Below, piece after piece: positions 7,664 through 8,851 of a DNA stretch of 8,851 bases. The notes beneath the pieces are model-generated. The model was not told the origin of the DNA. It saw nothing but the letters and a program-made list of their open reading frames with translations, and did not search any database. The stretch lies in sequence record OY723343.1, one strand, 5' to 3'. Both the position numbers and the translations under genes were made by a program. The first letter of the stretch is position 1, and each line of letters opens with the position of its first letter.

Positions 7664-7773
7664 CATTATGGAACCTGAGGAGATCACCTCCACAGGGAAT
7701 ATGCCTCCGTGCATCCTGGGCTACCGAGAGGCCTACATGCAGTACCCCATATCCTCTAAGAGACCATTATGGA
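7664..7773. repeat. R element copy R5 (core 7674-7771), positional counterpart of R1
   Basis: Same as R1 except agggaatatgcctcc versus agggaatgtccctcc. Confidence 0.9.
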
Positions 7774-8128
7774 GGGTATTGGACAGGGTCCGAAACCCCC
7801 AAAATGAGTGATTTGGGGTGCTCAAAACCATCGATTTTGGTGGTTTTGGCATGCAAAAAGGGTCGAAAACACCTCTTTTAGCCCCTTTTGCACATGGGAA
7901 CACCACCCCATATACTAAGGGGGATCCTTCGAGGGATACAGAACCCCCGAAACCCCTTAAAGATGGTGTGTGAGTACTCATGCATGTACCCTTTTAGCAC
8001 CCTTTCTGACCCCCTTTCAGACCCCCTAAATGGTGCCATTCCTCGAAGGATGGCCCTTAAGGGGTGCCGGGAAGGGTACCTAAAGAGGTCCCAAAAGTGA
8101 CCATTTTAGGGGGTCCCAAAACGTGTTG

Positions 8129-8146
8129 CAAAGGGGTACCCCTTTG
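8129..8146. other. Same 18-bp palindrome, unit 2 copy
   Basis: Identical sequence at offset +5165. Confidence 0.9.
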
Positions 8147-8197
8147 GTCACCAAAAGTGATGATTTTGGGGACACCAAATGGGTCGGAATGGGTACC

Positions 8198-8330
8198 TAA
8201 TGACAGGATATGGCATACGGGATACCTGAGGAGATCACCTCCACAGGGAATGTCCCTCCGTGCATCCTGGGCTACCGAGAGGCCTACGGGGAGTATCCCC
8301 ATATCCTCTGAGAGCCATTATGACCATTAC
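8198..8330. repeat. R element copy R6 (core 8225-8322), positional counterpart of R2
   Basis: No differences seen from R2 by eye, and the ORF translations across it are identical. Confidence 0.9.
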
Positions 8331-8378
8331 GAGCATCCCGGAGAGCATATCTGAGGACCTGAAATCCATGGTTTTGGG

Positions 8379-8445
8379 GTCTAAAATGATGATTTTAGAG
8401 GTCTCAAAATGATGGATTTGGGGTCTGGAATCATGAGATCCGGGG
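8379..8445. repeat. Same ~23-bp tandem repeat, unit 2 copy
   Basis: Copies are gtctaaaatgatgattttagag, gtctcaaaatgatggatttgggg and tctggaatcatgagatccgggg. Confidence 0.8.
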
Positions 8446-8454
8446 TCTGGGATG

Positions 8455-8851
8455 CCATGGGTATGGGATCCAGGGATGCAGGGATCCGGAGACCATGAGG
8501 GCATGCAGACCATATGCACTACATACCATGGGGTGTGTAGTAGGGATACAGACCACTATGGATACCATCACCATTAGATACATACTATGAGACCATATGC
8601 TGTAGGGTATCGGATTAGGGGTCTGGGGATGTGCAGATCTGGAGACCATGAGCGAATCCGGAGACCATCAGATCATGAGATCCGGGGGTCTGGAGATGCT
8701 CGCGATGTATCTGAGGACCTGTGCAGATAGGTATGCAGATAGGTATAGGCATTAGGTACTAAGGACTCGCAGAGAGGTACTGAGGACATGCACAGAGGAC
8801 ATGGCACAGAGGATACGGGCATACAGACCATGCAGATAGGTACTGAGGACT
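8455..8851. repeat. W block, unit 2
   Basis: Collinear with 3290-3699, with several substitutions, small indels and one fewer 12-mer. Confidence 0.7.
8723..8746. repeat. 12-nt microsatellite (gcagataggtat) x2
   Basis: Copies read directly at 8723-8734 and 8735-8746. This is one copy fewer than in unit 1. Confidence 0.95.

Larger units (their letters stand above)
7579..8455. repeat. Dyad-motif block G2, unit 2 (contains R5 and R6)
   Basis: Collinear with 2416-3290 at offset +5163 to +5165. The ORF translations over 8057-8354 are identical to those over 2892-3189. Confidence 0.75.
3700..8851. repeat. Composite macro-repeat unit, copy 2 (5,152 bp, expanded by 1,453 bp)
   Basis: Starts with the same cgcagaccataggtattagg as position 1. 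It ends ...catgcagataggtactgaggact, which matches 3677-3699 (...ggtactaaggact). The extra length lies between about 4840 and 7325. Confidence 0.95.

Overview
No protein-coding gene, rRNA, tRNA, CRISPR array or transposase can be supported in this 8,851-bp window. No ATG-initiated ORF exceeds 116 aa. The ORFs overlap on both strands, and most recur only because the DNA underneath is repeated. The window consists of two head-to-tail copies of one composite macro-repeat: copy 1 is 1-3699 and copy 2 is 3700-8851. The last bases of the window run in phase into the first bases, so this is either a circular record or a slice of a longer tandem array. Each unit is modular. It has roughly 50% GC blocks full of a dyad motif (CCAAAA-N6-8-TTTTGG), then an AT-richer array of ~190-390 bp 'S' monomers with a conserved head box (TTGCATGCATTTGATGACATGAA). 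A ~205-bp 'T' segment follows, then a second dyad-motif block and a CTGAGGAC/GGGGTCTGG-rich block. Copy 2 is 1,453 bp longer. The extra DNA holds more S monomers, a nested partial copy of the unit (T plus a dyad block), and about 700 bp of sequence unique in the window. A ~100-130 nt element ('R') occurs six times in three different sequence contexts. It has a hairpin-rich architecture and is the best candidate for a functional RNA or DNA element. The architecture resembles a eukaryote-type higher-order satellite or macrosatellite, or a non-coding episomal spacer, more than a typical prokaryotic or phage locus. I cannot assign an organism or recognise a known repeat family from the sequence alone.
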